Position numbers and translations under genes: made by a program. A stretch of DNA of 64,000 nucleotides from an uncultured bacterium (GTDB lineage: Bacteria > Zixibacteria > MSB-5A5 > UBA10806). The notes under the pieces were generated by a model. It did no database searches and had not been told where the DNA came from. It saw nothing but the letters and a program-made list of their open reading frames with translations. Positions 1-9,281 of this stretch are shown here, in pieces; within the stretch, counting starts at the first letter, position 1; each line of letters opens with the position of its first letter. Location: NCBI GenBank assembly GCA_965541585.1, contig CBEUCH010000007.1:113055-177054 (forward strand), read 5' to 3'.

Positions 1-1
1 G

Positions 2-178
2 GACCGTCCCAAGAGAAGGCTCCGATCCTATACCGAGGAAGAGGATGGCTACATCAGGCAGAACTACAGAATGCTTACTGACGGTCAGCTGGGCAGGGCG
101 TTGAATCGCTCAAAAGCATCCATAACCGTCCACCGCAGCGAGGTCCTGGGGCTTCCCAAGGTGACTAAGAAAAAATAG
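2..178 (+). CDS. 3' end of a protein with a Myb/SANT-like helix-turn-helix repeat (truncated at window edge)
   Basis: Frame 2 is open from base 2 to TAG at 176-178: DRPKRRLRSYTEEEDGYIRQNYRMLTDGQLGRALNRSKASITVHRSEVLGLPKVTKKK*. This resembles the (W/Y)TxEED..LR..Y...LA..LNRS..S......LGL pattern. Confidence 0.5.
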   Translation, partial: DRPKRRLRSYTEEEDGYIRQNYRMLTDGQLGRALNRSKASITVHRSEVLGLPKVTKKK

Positions 179-357
179 CACAAGAGTAAGATGAGCCCAT
201 AGGATCTTGAGTCTTTCTGAAAGTAATCCCGATTCTTCCCCCCGGGAAAAAATTCCTTTCATTATAACTCGGACAATTGTAATATAGATATTAGGTTGAT
301 GGATGGCAGTTGTCGGTAGAGTCGCTCGTAGGCCATAAAGTGAATTAGATTATTCCA

Positions 358-1575
358 ATGAAAATCCTGGTTATATCACAATACTACCCTCCGGAACCGG
401 GGGCAACATCGAATCGACTTGAAGCCTTTGTTCAGGCAATGATTAACAGGGGCCACGAGGTTACTGTTATTTGCGAGTTTCCCAATCATCCAACAGGTCG
501 CCTTTCACCTGATGATAGATGGCGCCTTTTCAGGGTTGAAAATGAAGACACTCATAAGATCATAAGAACCTTCGTGTTGACCTTTACAAAAAAGAACAAT
601 ATTAAAAGAATGCTTTTTTATTTATCTTTTGCGCTGTCATCGTTCCTGGTGGGTATGTTCCTCAAGCGTCGCGATATTGTCTTCGCTTCTTCCCCTCCAA
701 TATTCCACGTATATGCTGCAATGCTGGTTGCCATCATGAAACGTTCTAAATTTGTTCTTGACGTTCGCGATATTTGGCCTGATGCAGCCCAGGAATTTAA
801 AGCAGTTTCCGATAATCGACTATTAAGGTTGGGCGGATATATAGAAAGAAAATTATATCGAAAAGCGCATCTTATTTTCACAGTGTCAAGGGGTCTTAGA
901 ACAAAGATAAGCAAAAGAGGAGGCCATGCAAAAGTAAAAGTGATTTACAACGGTTCGAATCTTGATATGCTACAATGGAAGGGGAATATAGAATCTATAA
1001 GAAACTCGTTCGGATGGTCGGAAAAACTCATTGTATGTTATGCTGGCCTCATCGGATTAGGACAGGATTTAATCAGTTTACTACCAGAGATAGCAGAGTT
1101 GCCTTCAGGAAAGATTCATTTTGTGTTTATAGGGGACGGTCCAGGGAAAGAGCCTTTTGATAGGGAAGCGAAGAGGCTAAGAATCCAGAATATCTCGATT
1201 ATGGATCTTCTGCCGAGGAACCAAGTTATTCCTTATACACATGCAGTCGATATAATGATGGTAGTGTTAAGAGAATCGAAATTTTTTAGAAGCGCTATAC
1301 CTTCGAAATTTTTTGATTGTCTCGCTGCGGGAAAGCCGGTCGTCACCAATGTGGATGGGGAACTTAGGGAGCTTATGGAAGACAGCAATTCTGGCCTATA
1401 TTTTACGCTCAACGAGAAAGGATCATTCGCCGGAGCGATAGAATTGCTGGCTGGAAATCCCCAGTTGCGCGATACAATGGGCAAAAATGGTAAAGAGCTC
1501 GTAGCCGATCAGTTCATCAGATTGGATCTTTCGGATACGGCGGTGAAGATAATCGAAGGCAGTTCTCAATGTTAG
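358..1575 (+). CDS. Glycosyltransferase family 4 (WbuB-like)
   Basis: N-terminal MKILVISQYYPPE, ASSPP, DVRDIWPD, YAGLIG, IGDG and PSKFFDCLAAGKPVV motifs typical of GT4/WbuB. Confidence 0.9.
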   Translation: MKILVISQYYPPEPGATSNRLEAFVQAMINRGHEVTVICEFPNHPTGRLSPDDRWRLFRVENEDTHKIIRTFVLTFTKKNNIKRMLFYLSFALSSFLVGMFLKRRDIVFASSPPIFHVYAAMLVAIMKRSKFVLDVRDIWPDAAQEFKAVSDNRLLRLGGYIERKLYRKAHLIFTVSRGLRTKISKRGGHAKVKVIYNGSNLDMLQWKGNIESIRNSFGWSEKLIVCYAGLIGLGQDLISLLPEIAELPSGKIHFVFIGDGPGKEPFDREAKRLRIQNISIMDLLPRNQVIPYTHAVDIMMVVLRESKFFRSAIPSKFFDCLAAGKPVVTNVDGELRELMEDSNSGLYFTLNEKGSFAGAIELLAGNPQLRDTMGKNGKELVADQFIRLDLSDTAVKIIEGSSQC

Positions 1576-1651
1576 TTCTTGTTATTGCAATGCTGAGGAT
1601 TTTTCGCTCGAGATCTTCTTTTCTTTCCATGGTGACGAAAGATTTGAAAGC

Positions 1652-2428
1652 ATGCTGAAAATACTTATTCTTACCACCAACGATCAGGTTTTCCTGCCGC
1701 ATTTTTTTGATAGAGTGTTTTCGAAGATCGGAATTGAGATTGTGGGTCTCGCTATAGTAAGTGATCCAAACCTCAGAAGGTTCTTGTTGAAGAGCTTGAA
1801 ATTTATGGGCATTCTGCAGTTCGCCGGGGAAGTCTCCCGGCAGCTCAAAATCAGGATAATGGATCTCTTATATACGGTGTTTGCACAATCGAAAAGATCC
1901 TCTATAAAAGCGGTTTGCCAAAAATACGACGTTCCCTGCATCTCAGTCGATAAAGTGAATTCGAGACATTTCCGAAAAACTTTGAAGGACGCAGAAGTTG
2001 ATCTCCTGGTTTCGGTCGCCTGCCCGCAGATCCTGAAAAAGAAACTCCTGGATTTACCCTCAAAAGGTTGCATAAACATCCATTATGGATTGCTACCTCA
2101 TTATAGAGGGTTATACCCATCATTCTGGGTTCTGGCCAATGGTGAAAAAGAGACGGGGGTTTCGGTTCACTACATGGTTGAGAAGATCGATGCGGGCGAT
2201 ATTCTAGCACAGATAAAAGAGAAAATCGCACCCGATGATACTTTTTATTCTCTTGTGAGAAGGTTGAAGACCACGATAGGTCCTGATGCATTACTCCTGG
2301 CCGTTGAAAGCATCAGGGAAGATCGAATATCTGTAATCCCGAGTGATCCTGATAAGGGATCCTATTTTGCATTTCCAACCAGGAAAGCTATGGCGCGGTT
2401 AAGAAAAAACGGTCGAAAGTGGCGGTAA
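1652..2428 (+). CDS. Formyltransferase (10-formyl-THF dependent), probably a sugar/polysaccharide N-formyltransferase
   Basis: Catalytic Asn/His/Asp motifs INIHYGLLPHYRG and HYMVEKIDAGDIL. Lacks the Fmt C-terminal domain and lies next to a GT4 gene. Confidence 0.8.
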   Translation: MLKILILTTNDQVFLPHFFDRVFSKIGIEIVGLAIVSDPNLRRFLLKSLKFMGILQFAGEVSRQLKIRIMDLLYTVFAQSKRSSIKAVCQKYDVPCISVDKVNSRHFRKTLKDAEVDLLVSVACPQILKKKLLDLPSKGCINIHYGLLPHYRGLYPSFWVLANGEKETGVSVHYMVEKIDAGDILAQIKEKIAPDDTFYSLVRRLKTTIGPDALLLAVESIREDRISVIPSDPDKGSYFAFPTRKAMARLRKNGRKWR

Positions 2429-2541
2429 TGAAATTGACTCGGCCGCGATTTCGAATCTACCTGCATATATATTACAAACTTTGAATTCAATTGCTCCGAT
2501 CCATCATATCTACTATACTTTATCGATTAGAGGATTGTGGA

Positions 2542-3195
2542 ATGGAAAGTAAAAGGAACCCGGGGGCAATAGATTATTTTAATAGACGAATTCAGGATTA
2601 TGACGATATTTACTGTGATGACAAATCCTGGTTTACGTTATTTCTGAATAAAACCATTCGGGCTTCGGTAAGACGCAGGTTCTATTTTGCTTTCGAAACG
2701 CTCGGGGATTTGAACGGAAAATCTGTACTGGATGTTGGCTGCGGGTCCGGGCGTTACATGTTTGAATCGATCAGGAAAGGGGCAGCACGAGTTGTCGGGA
2801 TCGACGCGGCTAAGGGAGCGCTGGCCATGGCCGGCAGAATGGCCTCGGATCACGGAGTCGAGGATCAGGTCGATTTCATCGAAACCGATTTCATGGATTT
2901 TGATACGGATAAGAAATTCGATCTAATCTTTGCAGTTGGATACTTCGATTATATTTTTGATCCGGCAAGACATATGAAAAAAATGATAATGCTATCGGAC
3001 GGGATAATTTACGCCTCATTTCCCAAATTGTGGTCCCCTTTGTCTGCCATCAGGAAAATCAGATTGACTCTCAATCGCTGCCCGGTCCGTTACTATACAA
3101 AGGGCCGCATCAAGAGAATCATGCGCGAGGCTGATATTACCAATTATGAAATCAGGACCATCTTTAGAGATAATATTCTCATAGTCCGCAAATAA
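2542..3195 (+). CDS. Class I SAM-dependent methyltransferase
   Basis: Motif I VLDVGCGSG, VVGIDAA, FDLIFAVG. ATG at 2542 after GAGG preferred over TTG at 2491. Confidence 0.85.
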   Translation: MESKRNPGAIDYFNRRIQDYDDIYCDDKSWFTLFLNKTIRASVRRRFYFAFETLGDLNGKSVLDVGCGSGRYMFESIRKGAARVVGIDAAKGALAMAGRMASDHGVEDQVDFIETDFMDFDTDKKFDLIFAVGYFDYIFDPARHMKKMIMLSDGIIYASFPKLWSPLSAIRKIRLTLNRCPVRYYTKGRIKRIMREADITNYEIRTIFRDNILIVRK

Positions 3196-3386
3196 CCTCT
3201 GCAACCGGGGTTCATTCAGCGGATCGGGAATCTGGCCGCAATCAAGAAGTGGCTCGTTATAAGGCCTCAATTTCGGCGGGGGCAGACGGCACTGCCAGCG
3301 ATAGAAACGGAAAGCTTAGAATTGTGTATCTTTTTTTTCAAAAATGGATATATTTATTACAGGATACTGTATTATTGGGAGGCACA

Positions 3387-4853
3387 ATGGGTTGGATCAG
3401 CCGGATATTACCGATCGTAGGCACAATACTCCTGACATTTTCAATGGCCCACGCTCAATTTGAAGGAGCCGTCTGGGACACGCTTACAGCGGATACTCTA
3501 AGAGACGCATTGAGCAGGCAACCGTTGGCGGCCACCCCCGGAGGCCTTCATCTGACACATGCCAAAAGCCGGGGTATAGGCAATGGCTGGTCTATTCATT
3601 ACCGCTTCTTCGACATCGCAGGCGGCTGGAGCGATGATATTATTGTGGAGTCCGATCTGCCGGCATTCTCGCCGTCGATTGCGGCAAGAGAATTCGATGC
3701 TTTCAAGATCGCCATATTCTTCGATGCTTACGGCGATATTTACGGCAGTATTGCCCATTCGCCATGGGATTCGTGGGATCCTGTCAATCTCACCGATTCG
3801 CCCGCCCCTGATCTCGAGCCGACCGTGGCCGTCGATAATGAAGGTTCGGTGCACGTCGCCTGGATCACTGAAATTGATGGAGAGTACGAGATTGCCTACG
3901 GGAAAATGGAAGACGATACTCTGGTCATGGAGATAATCTATGAGTCGGAGCCCGGCCCGTATGGATCGGGAGCCGCCCCGAAGATAATCACGGTGGATAA
4001 CCTCCCACAAGTATTCTACAGGGGTGTTAATTCAGGATCTTATCATATTCATCATGCTTTCAGGGAATCGCCGGGCGCACCCTGGGAGATCGGGTTCCTC
4101 TATTCCGGTAACACCGACGATTACACCTCATCGGCGGCTGCGGATGAACTCGGAGATATCCACCTGGCGATTTCCGGCAACGAGGGTTGGGGAATGCCCG
4201 GGAGAATTTACTATACGCGGCAGGATAACCAGTCCGGACAATGGACGCCTGCCGAGCGGGCCTCGGGCTCATATTCTGTAGTCGAGGGTAGCATTGGGAT
4301 TACGGATGAGGAATCTGTTTTTATCGTCAGCGCCGGGATATCCGGGAATTTTTATACTGGCGATATATACCTCTCGAGCGGTATCGATGGCTCGTTTCAG
4401 ACGGAATTTCTGACTCATTATGAGGACTGCACCGGGCCTTCGATCGCATTTCTGCCGGGATCTGTCGGGGCTTTAGCGCTGCAAGGGATAATCGGCGAAT
4501 ATAACTCGAATAATATGGAAATTATCAGTTACAGGCCGGAAAGAACCAACACCGCGGATAGTGATCTTATGCCTCGCGGTCTCACGGCCGGTTTGAATTA
4601 TCCAAATCCATTTAATTCAAACACCATTATTATTGCGAGCGGGGAGTTCTCGGAAAGCACGCCCCTGGAGATTTTTGATCTTCTGGGACGAAAGGTGAGA
4701 ATGCTTCGAAACTTTGACGGGGACGAGAATTATATCACTTACCGCTGGGACGGTCTTGACGACAATGGCAGGGTCTGTTCAAACGGGATATATATCTATT
4801 TCATTGAGACTCGAAGCTCCTCACTCTCAGGGAAGATGACGCTCCTGAAGTAG
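3387..4853 (+). CDS. Secreted acidic protein with repeated beta-propeller-like segments and a FlgD/T9SS type A-like C-terminal domain
   Basis: GGAGG then ATG at 3387; signal peptide ending AHA-Q; repeats such as PTVAVDNEGSVHVAW and SAAADELGDIHLA; C-terminus NYPNPFNSNT..LEIFDLLGRKV..WDGLDDNG..SNGIYIY..KMTLLK. Confidence 0.75.
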   Translation: MGWISRILPIVGTILLTFSMAHAQFEGAVWDTLTADTLRDALSRQPLAATPGGLHLTHAKSRGIGNGWSIHYRFFDIAGGWSDDIIVESDLPAFSPSIAAREFDAFKIAIFFDAYGDIYGSIAHSPWDSWDPVNLTDSPAPDLEPTVAVDNEGSVHVAWITEIDGEYEIAYGKMEDDTLVMEIIYESEPGPYGSGAAPKIITVDNLPQVFYRGVNSGSYHIHHAFRESPGAPWEIGFLYSGNTDDYTSSAAADELGDIHLAISGNEGWGMPGRIYYTRQDNQSGQWTPAERASGSYSVVEGSIGITDEESVFIVSAGISGNFYTGDIYLSSGIDGSFQTEFLTHYEDCTGPSIAFLPGSVGALALQGIIGEYNSNNMEIISYRPERTNTADSDLMPRGLTAGLNYPNPFNSNTIIIASGEFSESTPLEIFDLLGRKVRMLRNFDGDENYITYRWDGLDDNGRVCSNGIYIYFIETRSSSLSGKMTLLK

Positions 4854-4961
4854 CAGATAGATGGAGGGCATCTTACGGTATGGGGCCGGCGAACTATAAG
4901 GCCGGCAAATCAGTTTATTATGATAGAGGGAGTTAAATAAACTTAAGGTCGGGCACGAGAA

Positions 4962-5957
4962 ATGGCGGAAAAAGAAGATACGATAAAAAAAATAGCCCGG
5001 TTCTACCTCTTTTTCGGGCCTAACAACTATAGATTGGACGAAAAAATATCGTCGCTTATCAAGGCGGTTATTCCCGCCGGCGCGAAGGCGTTCGACCTGG
5101 ATAGGTTTGATGGGAAGCGTTGCGACGTTGCGGACCTGCTGAACAGCCTCTCGACACCTCCTGTCATGAGCCCTTTAAGAGTTGTGGTTTTGAATGACGT
5201 GGACCGAATGCCTTCAAAAAAACAAACCGTATTATGCGAATTCCTTCCCGGGATCCCTGAATATTCTGTCCTGGCCATGACCGCCGCCAAGGCAGACAAA
5301 AGATCAAAACTGTTTAAAAAGCTCCTTGCTGAAAAAAAGAAACATTCATTCGAATATGGGGTACTTACAGAGACCGAGGCTCTGGGATTGATTGCAAAGT
5401 TCGCTGCCGATCGGGATAAGATCATAGGATCCCGGATCGCGGAAACGATGATCGGGCTTTTTGGAACCGATCCTTATCGACTCGAAAACGAGGTAGAGAA
5501 ACTGGCGTTGTCAGTAGGTGATAAAAGGGAGATCGAAAAGAAAGACTTAGCTTTTATGTCGGGATTTACGAAAGCGGAAACCGCTTACGATCTCCTCGAA
5601 TTGACTTTCGGAGGACAGATAAAGGAAGCTTTGGAGCTTTGCGGCAGGGCGCTGGCATCCGGAATGAGCGAAATGCAGATCCTATATATGTTTAAGACTC
5701 ATCTGGCAGGGCTGAACGCGGCCTATAACTCCAAGGAAATCAAGACCTTGATGTCGACCTACAGGATTCCTTATCCGGTCGCCAGGCGATTTCAGGCGGA
5801 GTCGAGAAAGATGCGACCGGAGGCGATCCTGAATGGCTTGAGCCACATATTCAGGGCTGAATATTCGCTAAAATCCGCCAGATTTCCGTCCGGTTATATT
5901 ATCGAGCTTTTGGTTGAATCTTTATATCTGGCGGTGGCCGGGAATAAAGTTAAATGA
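4962..5957 (+). CDS. holA: DNA polymerase III subunit delta
   Basis: YLFFGPNNY, TPPVMSPLRVVVL, LENEVEKLAL and C-terminal AEYSLKS; 331 aa, typical HolA layout. Confidence 0.8.
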   Translation: MAEKEDTIKKIARFYLFFGPNNYRLDEKISSLIKAVIPAGAKAFDLDRFDGKRCDVADLLNSLSTPPVMSPLRVVVLNDVDRMPSKKQTVLCEFLPGIPEYSVLAMTAAKADKRSKLFKKLLAEKKKHSFEYGVLTETEALGLIAKFAADRDKIIGSRIAETMIGLFGTDPYRLENEVEKLALSVGDKREIEKKDLAFMSGFTKAETAYDLLELTFGGQIKEALELCGRALASGMSEMQILYMFKTHLAGLNAAYNSKEIKTLMSTYRIPYPVARRFQAESRKMRPEAILNGLSHIFRAEYSLKSARFPSGYIIELLVESLYLAVAGNKVK

Positions 5958-5967
5958 TGACTGTATA
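5940..5967 (+). promoter_or_regulatory. Putative ECF-sigma promoter GGGAATAAA-N13-TGTATA upstream of the sigma gene (autoregulatory candidate)
   Basis: GGGAATAAA 5940-5948 and TGTATA 5962-5967, about 20 nt before the start codon. The same boxes and spacing recur at 15743-15770. Confidence 0.55.
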
Positions 5968-5986
5968 ACTCTTGAGGGAAAGACCA

Positions 5987-6586
5987 GTGATGAGAAAAGG
6001 CGCCGGAGAGCGCGAAGACCAGATTTTGATCGGCAAGGTTCTCGAAGGTGATACGAGGGCATTCGAGAGACTGGTAGAAAAGTATAAAAAACGGATCTAC
6101 TATCTCGCTTATAGAATGACCCGCGATCATGACAGCGCCGATGAATTAGCACAGGAGAGTTTCGTGAAGGCTTATCAGGCGATGTCGGGATTTAAACCGG
6201 GCCATAGCTTTTACACCTGGATCTACCGGATCTGTGTCAACCTCTCCATTAACTTCATCAAACGGGAGAAGCAGAATGTCTCGGCAGATTTTCTGCGTGA
6301 TTCGGGAATCGCCATTGACCGTAGTAGTGAATCGAATCAGCTTGAACGTATGATAGCCTCAGAGCAGGCTGCCATCGTCAAGGAAGCGCTGAACGGACTT
6401 CCCGCGGATCAAAAGGCGGTATTTATACTTAAAACTTATGACGATATGTCTTATGAACAGATGGCGGAGGTCATGGATTGCTCCATGGGCACAGTGATGT
6501 CGCGGCTTTTTCGCGCACGTCACAAGCTCAGAAAAGCGCTTGAAATGACTGAGTCCGAAAAGGATTTTGACGATGAGAGAATGTAG
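5987..6586 (+). CDS. ECF RNA polymerase sigma factor (RpoE/SigW-like)
   Basis: Region 2 AFERLVEKY..ADELAQESFVKAY..FYTWIYRICVN; region 4 SYEQMAEVMDCSMGTVMSRLFRAR. Start is GTG 5987 or ATG 5990. Confidence 0.92.
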   Translation: MMRKGAGEREDQILIGKVLEGDTRAFERLVEKYKKRIYYLAYRMTRDHDSADELAQESFVKAYQAMSGFKPGHSFYTWIYRICVNLSINFIKREKQNVSADFLRDSGIAIDRSSESNQLERMIASEQAAIVKEALNGLPADQKAVFILKTYDDMSYEQMAEVMDCSMGTVMSRLFRARHKLRKALEMTESEKDFDDERM

Positions 6587-7559
6587 ATATAAAAAGAGAC
6601 TTCAAATATATCTCGATGGCTGGATGGACGATAAGGAGGCCAGACGCCTCGAGGTGCATCTCAAGCGGTGTTCCGATTGCCAGACCGAGATGGTCGAGTT
6701 GGAGGAAGTCGCGTCGGCGGCTCTGGAGATAGTGGATCAGGCGCCCGATTTCAATTACTGGAAAAATTTCCCCGCCCGCGTTCTTAACCGTATTATTTCC
6801 AGAGACGTAAGCCCTTATGAGCAGAAGCAGAAGCCGGCGAGAAGCCTTCGGCTGAAGATCGGGTCATATACCGTGGCGATCACGGCGCTGGCGGCCGCTA
6901 CATTGCTTATCTTTAATTACGCGAGCTGGTCGCCTGATGTCCCCGACGCCGGGGTTCGAGATGTAGTGGGAGTCGCCGACCAGATTGCCGAAACGGAGTT
7001 AGCAGAGCCGACAATATTTACCGCAGAGGAGTCTGATAGACCGACTGTTAATGATGAATCGAAGAGCATATCTGCCGGGCAGCCAGGCTTGCCGGTGGAT
7101 GAAAAGCCATTGCCGAATATGGTGCTGAACTCCGTAGTGGGTAACGAGATAGAGGAAAAACCCACCCTGCCTTCGCAGGCCGAATTGGCGTCGCAATCTG
7201 ATTATGATCTCAGTGCGGTTTTCCGGAGACCGGCCTTATTTGGACGAGCGTCATTGAAGCTTGATGACGATTATAATTTTCTCGACAGACTGATGACCGC
7301 TTATAGCGGGAGGGTGGCCAACAGCTATAGTATCAGTCCAGCAGTATTGGCCGAGCGGATTCTTTCGGGCTATACCTTTCGAGATATCAACAGGATGGAT
7401 AATGGTATTTACGGGCCACTGGATATCGGGCCGTTCCCCGGTTTGAACGGCGACCGTTTGTCATCGGGATGGGGATATTTGAGTCTCCCGGACGATACGT
7501 CAAATACTGAAGAGCTGCGGAAATATCTGATTGAACTCGAATTGATGCAGGCTAAATGA
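6573..7559 (+). CDS. Membrane-anchored zinc-binding anti-sigma factor (zf-HC2)
   Basis: C...YLDG...HLKRCSDC (HxxxCxxC), one hydrophobic segment YTVAITALAAATLLIFNY; overlaps the sigma stop codon. Confidence 0.8.
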   Translation: MRECRYKKRLQIYLDGWMDDKEARRLEVHLKRCSDCQTEMVELEEVASAALEIVDQAPDFNYWKNFPARVLNRIISRDVSPYEQKQKPARSLRLKIGSYTVAITALAAATLLIFNYASWSPDVPDAGVRDVVGVADQIAETELAEPTIFTAEESDRPTVNDESKSISAGQPGLPVDEKPLPNMVLNSVVGNEIEEKPTLPSQAELASQSDYDLSAVFRRPALFGRASLKLDDDYNFLDRLMTAYSGRVANSYSISPAVLAERILSGYTFRDINRMDNGIYGPLDIGPFPGLNGDRLSSGWGYLSLPDDTSNTEELRKYLIELELMQAK

Positions 7560-7584
7560 TTTCAGCTGTTTTTCCGATTTTTGT

Positions 7585-7613
7585 TTGATAAAGAACCCAT
7601 AAAAATATATATT
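7585..7613 (+). promoter_or_regulatory. Putative sigma70 promoter of the pgs operon
   Basis: TTGATA (7585-7590), 17 nt, TATATT (7608-7613), followed by GGAAGGA before TTG 7640. Confidence 0.55.
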
Positions 7614-7639
7614 AACCGCTTGTCATATTTGGAAGGACT

Positions 7640-8824
7640 TTGATCTTTCGTATGTGGGTAATAGTCGTCTTACTTTTAATTCTGGTTGTCTACGGTTTCT
7701 GGGAGTTCCGCAGTCACCAGTTTCATTTGAATCAAATTCCGATGAGGATTCATATCAACGGGACTCGCGGGAAATCGTCGGTGGCGAGGTTCATAGCGGC
7801 CGGGCTAAGCGGCGACGGTCGAAAGGTATTTGCCAAAACAACCGGAACTAAGGCGCGGATGATTTTTGTTGATGGCAATGAAGTTCCTGTATTACGAGTG
7901 GGGAGGGCAAACATCATTGAGCAGACCAGGATCGTAGCCAGGGCCGCGAAGCAGGAACCGGATTATTTGGTGACCGAATGTATGGGGGTGCAGCCGCACT
8001 TGCAGGAATTACTGGAACGACAATTCATTAGATCCCATATAGGCATCATAACAAATGTCCGGGCGGATCATCTCGATAACATGGGGCCAACTTTGAGAGA
8101 AGTGGCGCATTCCATGTCAAATACCATACCGCCCAACGGCTTGTTGTTTACTGCGGAAGACAAATACCTGGATATCCTCTCGGAGCGAGCGAAGGCGGTA
8201 GGGGCTGAGGTTATCACAGTCAACGACGCCGAGATCACAGATGAGGAAATGCGGGGATTTTCTTACCTGGCTCATAAGGAAAACGTCGCCATCGCCCTGT
8301 CGGTTGTCCAGCATCTTGGCGTCGATAGGGAGAAAGCCTTAAAAAGCATGCATCATGCTTCGCCCGATCCAGGAGTTGTAAGGCGTTATGAGATCGAGAT
8401 TCATGACAAGAGAATAGAATTTGTTAGCGCCTTTGCGGCCAACGATCCCGACAGCCTGCTTGCTATCTGGGATCTGTTAAAGATCCACCATGAGCCGGGA
8501 AAGACTCTGATAGTGTTGGTGAATTCCAGGAAAGACCGTATCCAGAGGGCCGAACAACTTGGCGAATTCATTACATCTCATCTGGATGCGGATTATTATG
8601 TAATTACCGGCGAATATACCCGGCCGTTAATGGCCAGAGCTATCGTCTGCGGGATGCCGCATAACAAGATCGAGGATCTCGGCGGCAGGTCTCTGGAGGC
8701 GATCTTCAATAGCGTTGTCAGTCTGGCCTCGGAAAAAACCCTGGTTTTCGGCATCGGCAACATGGTTGGATTCGGCGAGGAGATCGTGGAGTATTTTATG
8801 GAAAGGGGACGGGAGATTGTCTGA
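7640..8824 (+). CDS. pgsB: Poly-gamma-glutamate synthase PgsB/CapB
   Basis: N-terminal TM helix; RIHINGTRGKSSV P-loop; AKTTGT, ANIIEQ, ECMGVQP, ITNVRADHLDNMGPT, AFAANDPDS and GIGNMVG signatures. Confidence 0.93.
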   Translation: MIFRMWVIVVLLLILVVYGFWEFRSHQFHLNQIPMRIHINGTRGKSSVARFIAAGLSGDGRKVFAKTTGTKARMIFVDGNEVPVLRVGRANIIEQTRIVARAAKQEPDYLVTECMGVQPHLQELLERQFIRSHIGIITNVRADHLDNMGPTLREVAHSMSNTIPPNGLLFTAEDKYLDILSERAKAVGAEVITVNDAEITDEEMRGFSYLAHKENVAIALSVVQHLGVDREKALKSMHHASPDPGVVRRYEIEIHDKRIEFVSAFAANDPDSLLAIWDLLKIHHEPGKTLIVLVNSRKDRIQRAEQLGEFITSHLDADYYVITGEYTRPLMARAIVCGMPHNKIEDLGGRSLEAIFNSVVSLASEKTLVFGIGNMVGFGEEIVEYFMERGREIV

Positions 8825-8831
8825 AATATTG

Positions 8832-9281
8832 ATGATGCAATCGGTAGGGCTCGGCCTGGTGGTCAGTCTGGTATTTTCAGAAACGCTCGGCCTTGCTGCC
8901 GGAGGTATGGTCGTCCCGGGATATATGGCGCTGATGATTCATGATCCCGGCCGGATCGTGGGTACTGTCCTGGTAAGCCTGTTAACATATTATTTTATCA
9001 GGCTGCTTTCCAATTACATGTTTATTTATGGCCGGCGTCGCACAGTCGTTATCATAATAGTGGGATTCCTTTTCGGCTGGCTTTCGAGAGAATTTCTCAT
9101 GATCGGGCTCCCGGATGGTCAGACGCTGGAGTTTCAGGCGATAGGATATATTATTCCCGGTCTTATAGCCAACTGGATGGAGAGGCAGGGAGTCCTGGAA
9201 ACGATCACCACCATGATCGTAGCGGCAGTGGTTGTCAGGTTGCTTCTGATGATATTTATGGGAGGCAGGGTATTGGCATGA
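8832..9281 (+). CDS. pgsC: Poly-gamma-glutamate biosynthesis membrane protein PgsC/CapC
   Basis: GLVVSLVFSETLGLAAGGMVVPGYMAL, IYGRRR, IGYIIPGLIANWMERQG. Start ATG 8832 (alternative TTG 8817). Confidence 0.93.
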   Translation: MMQSVGLGLVVSLVFSETLGLAAGGMVVPGYMALMIHDPGRIVGTVLVSLLTYYFIRLLSNYMFIYGRRRTVVIIIVGFLFGWLSREFLMIGLPDGQTLEFQAIGYIIPGLIANWMERQGVLETITTMIVAAVVVRLLLMIFMGGRVLA

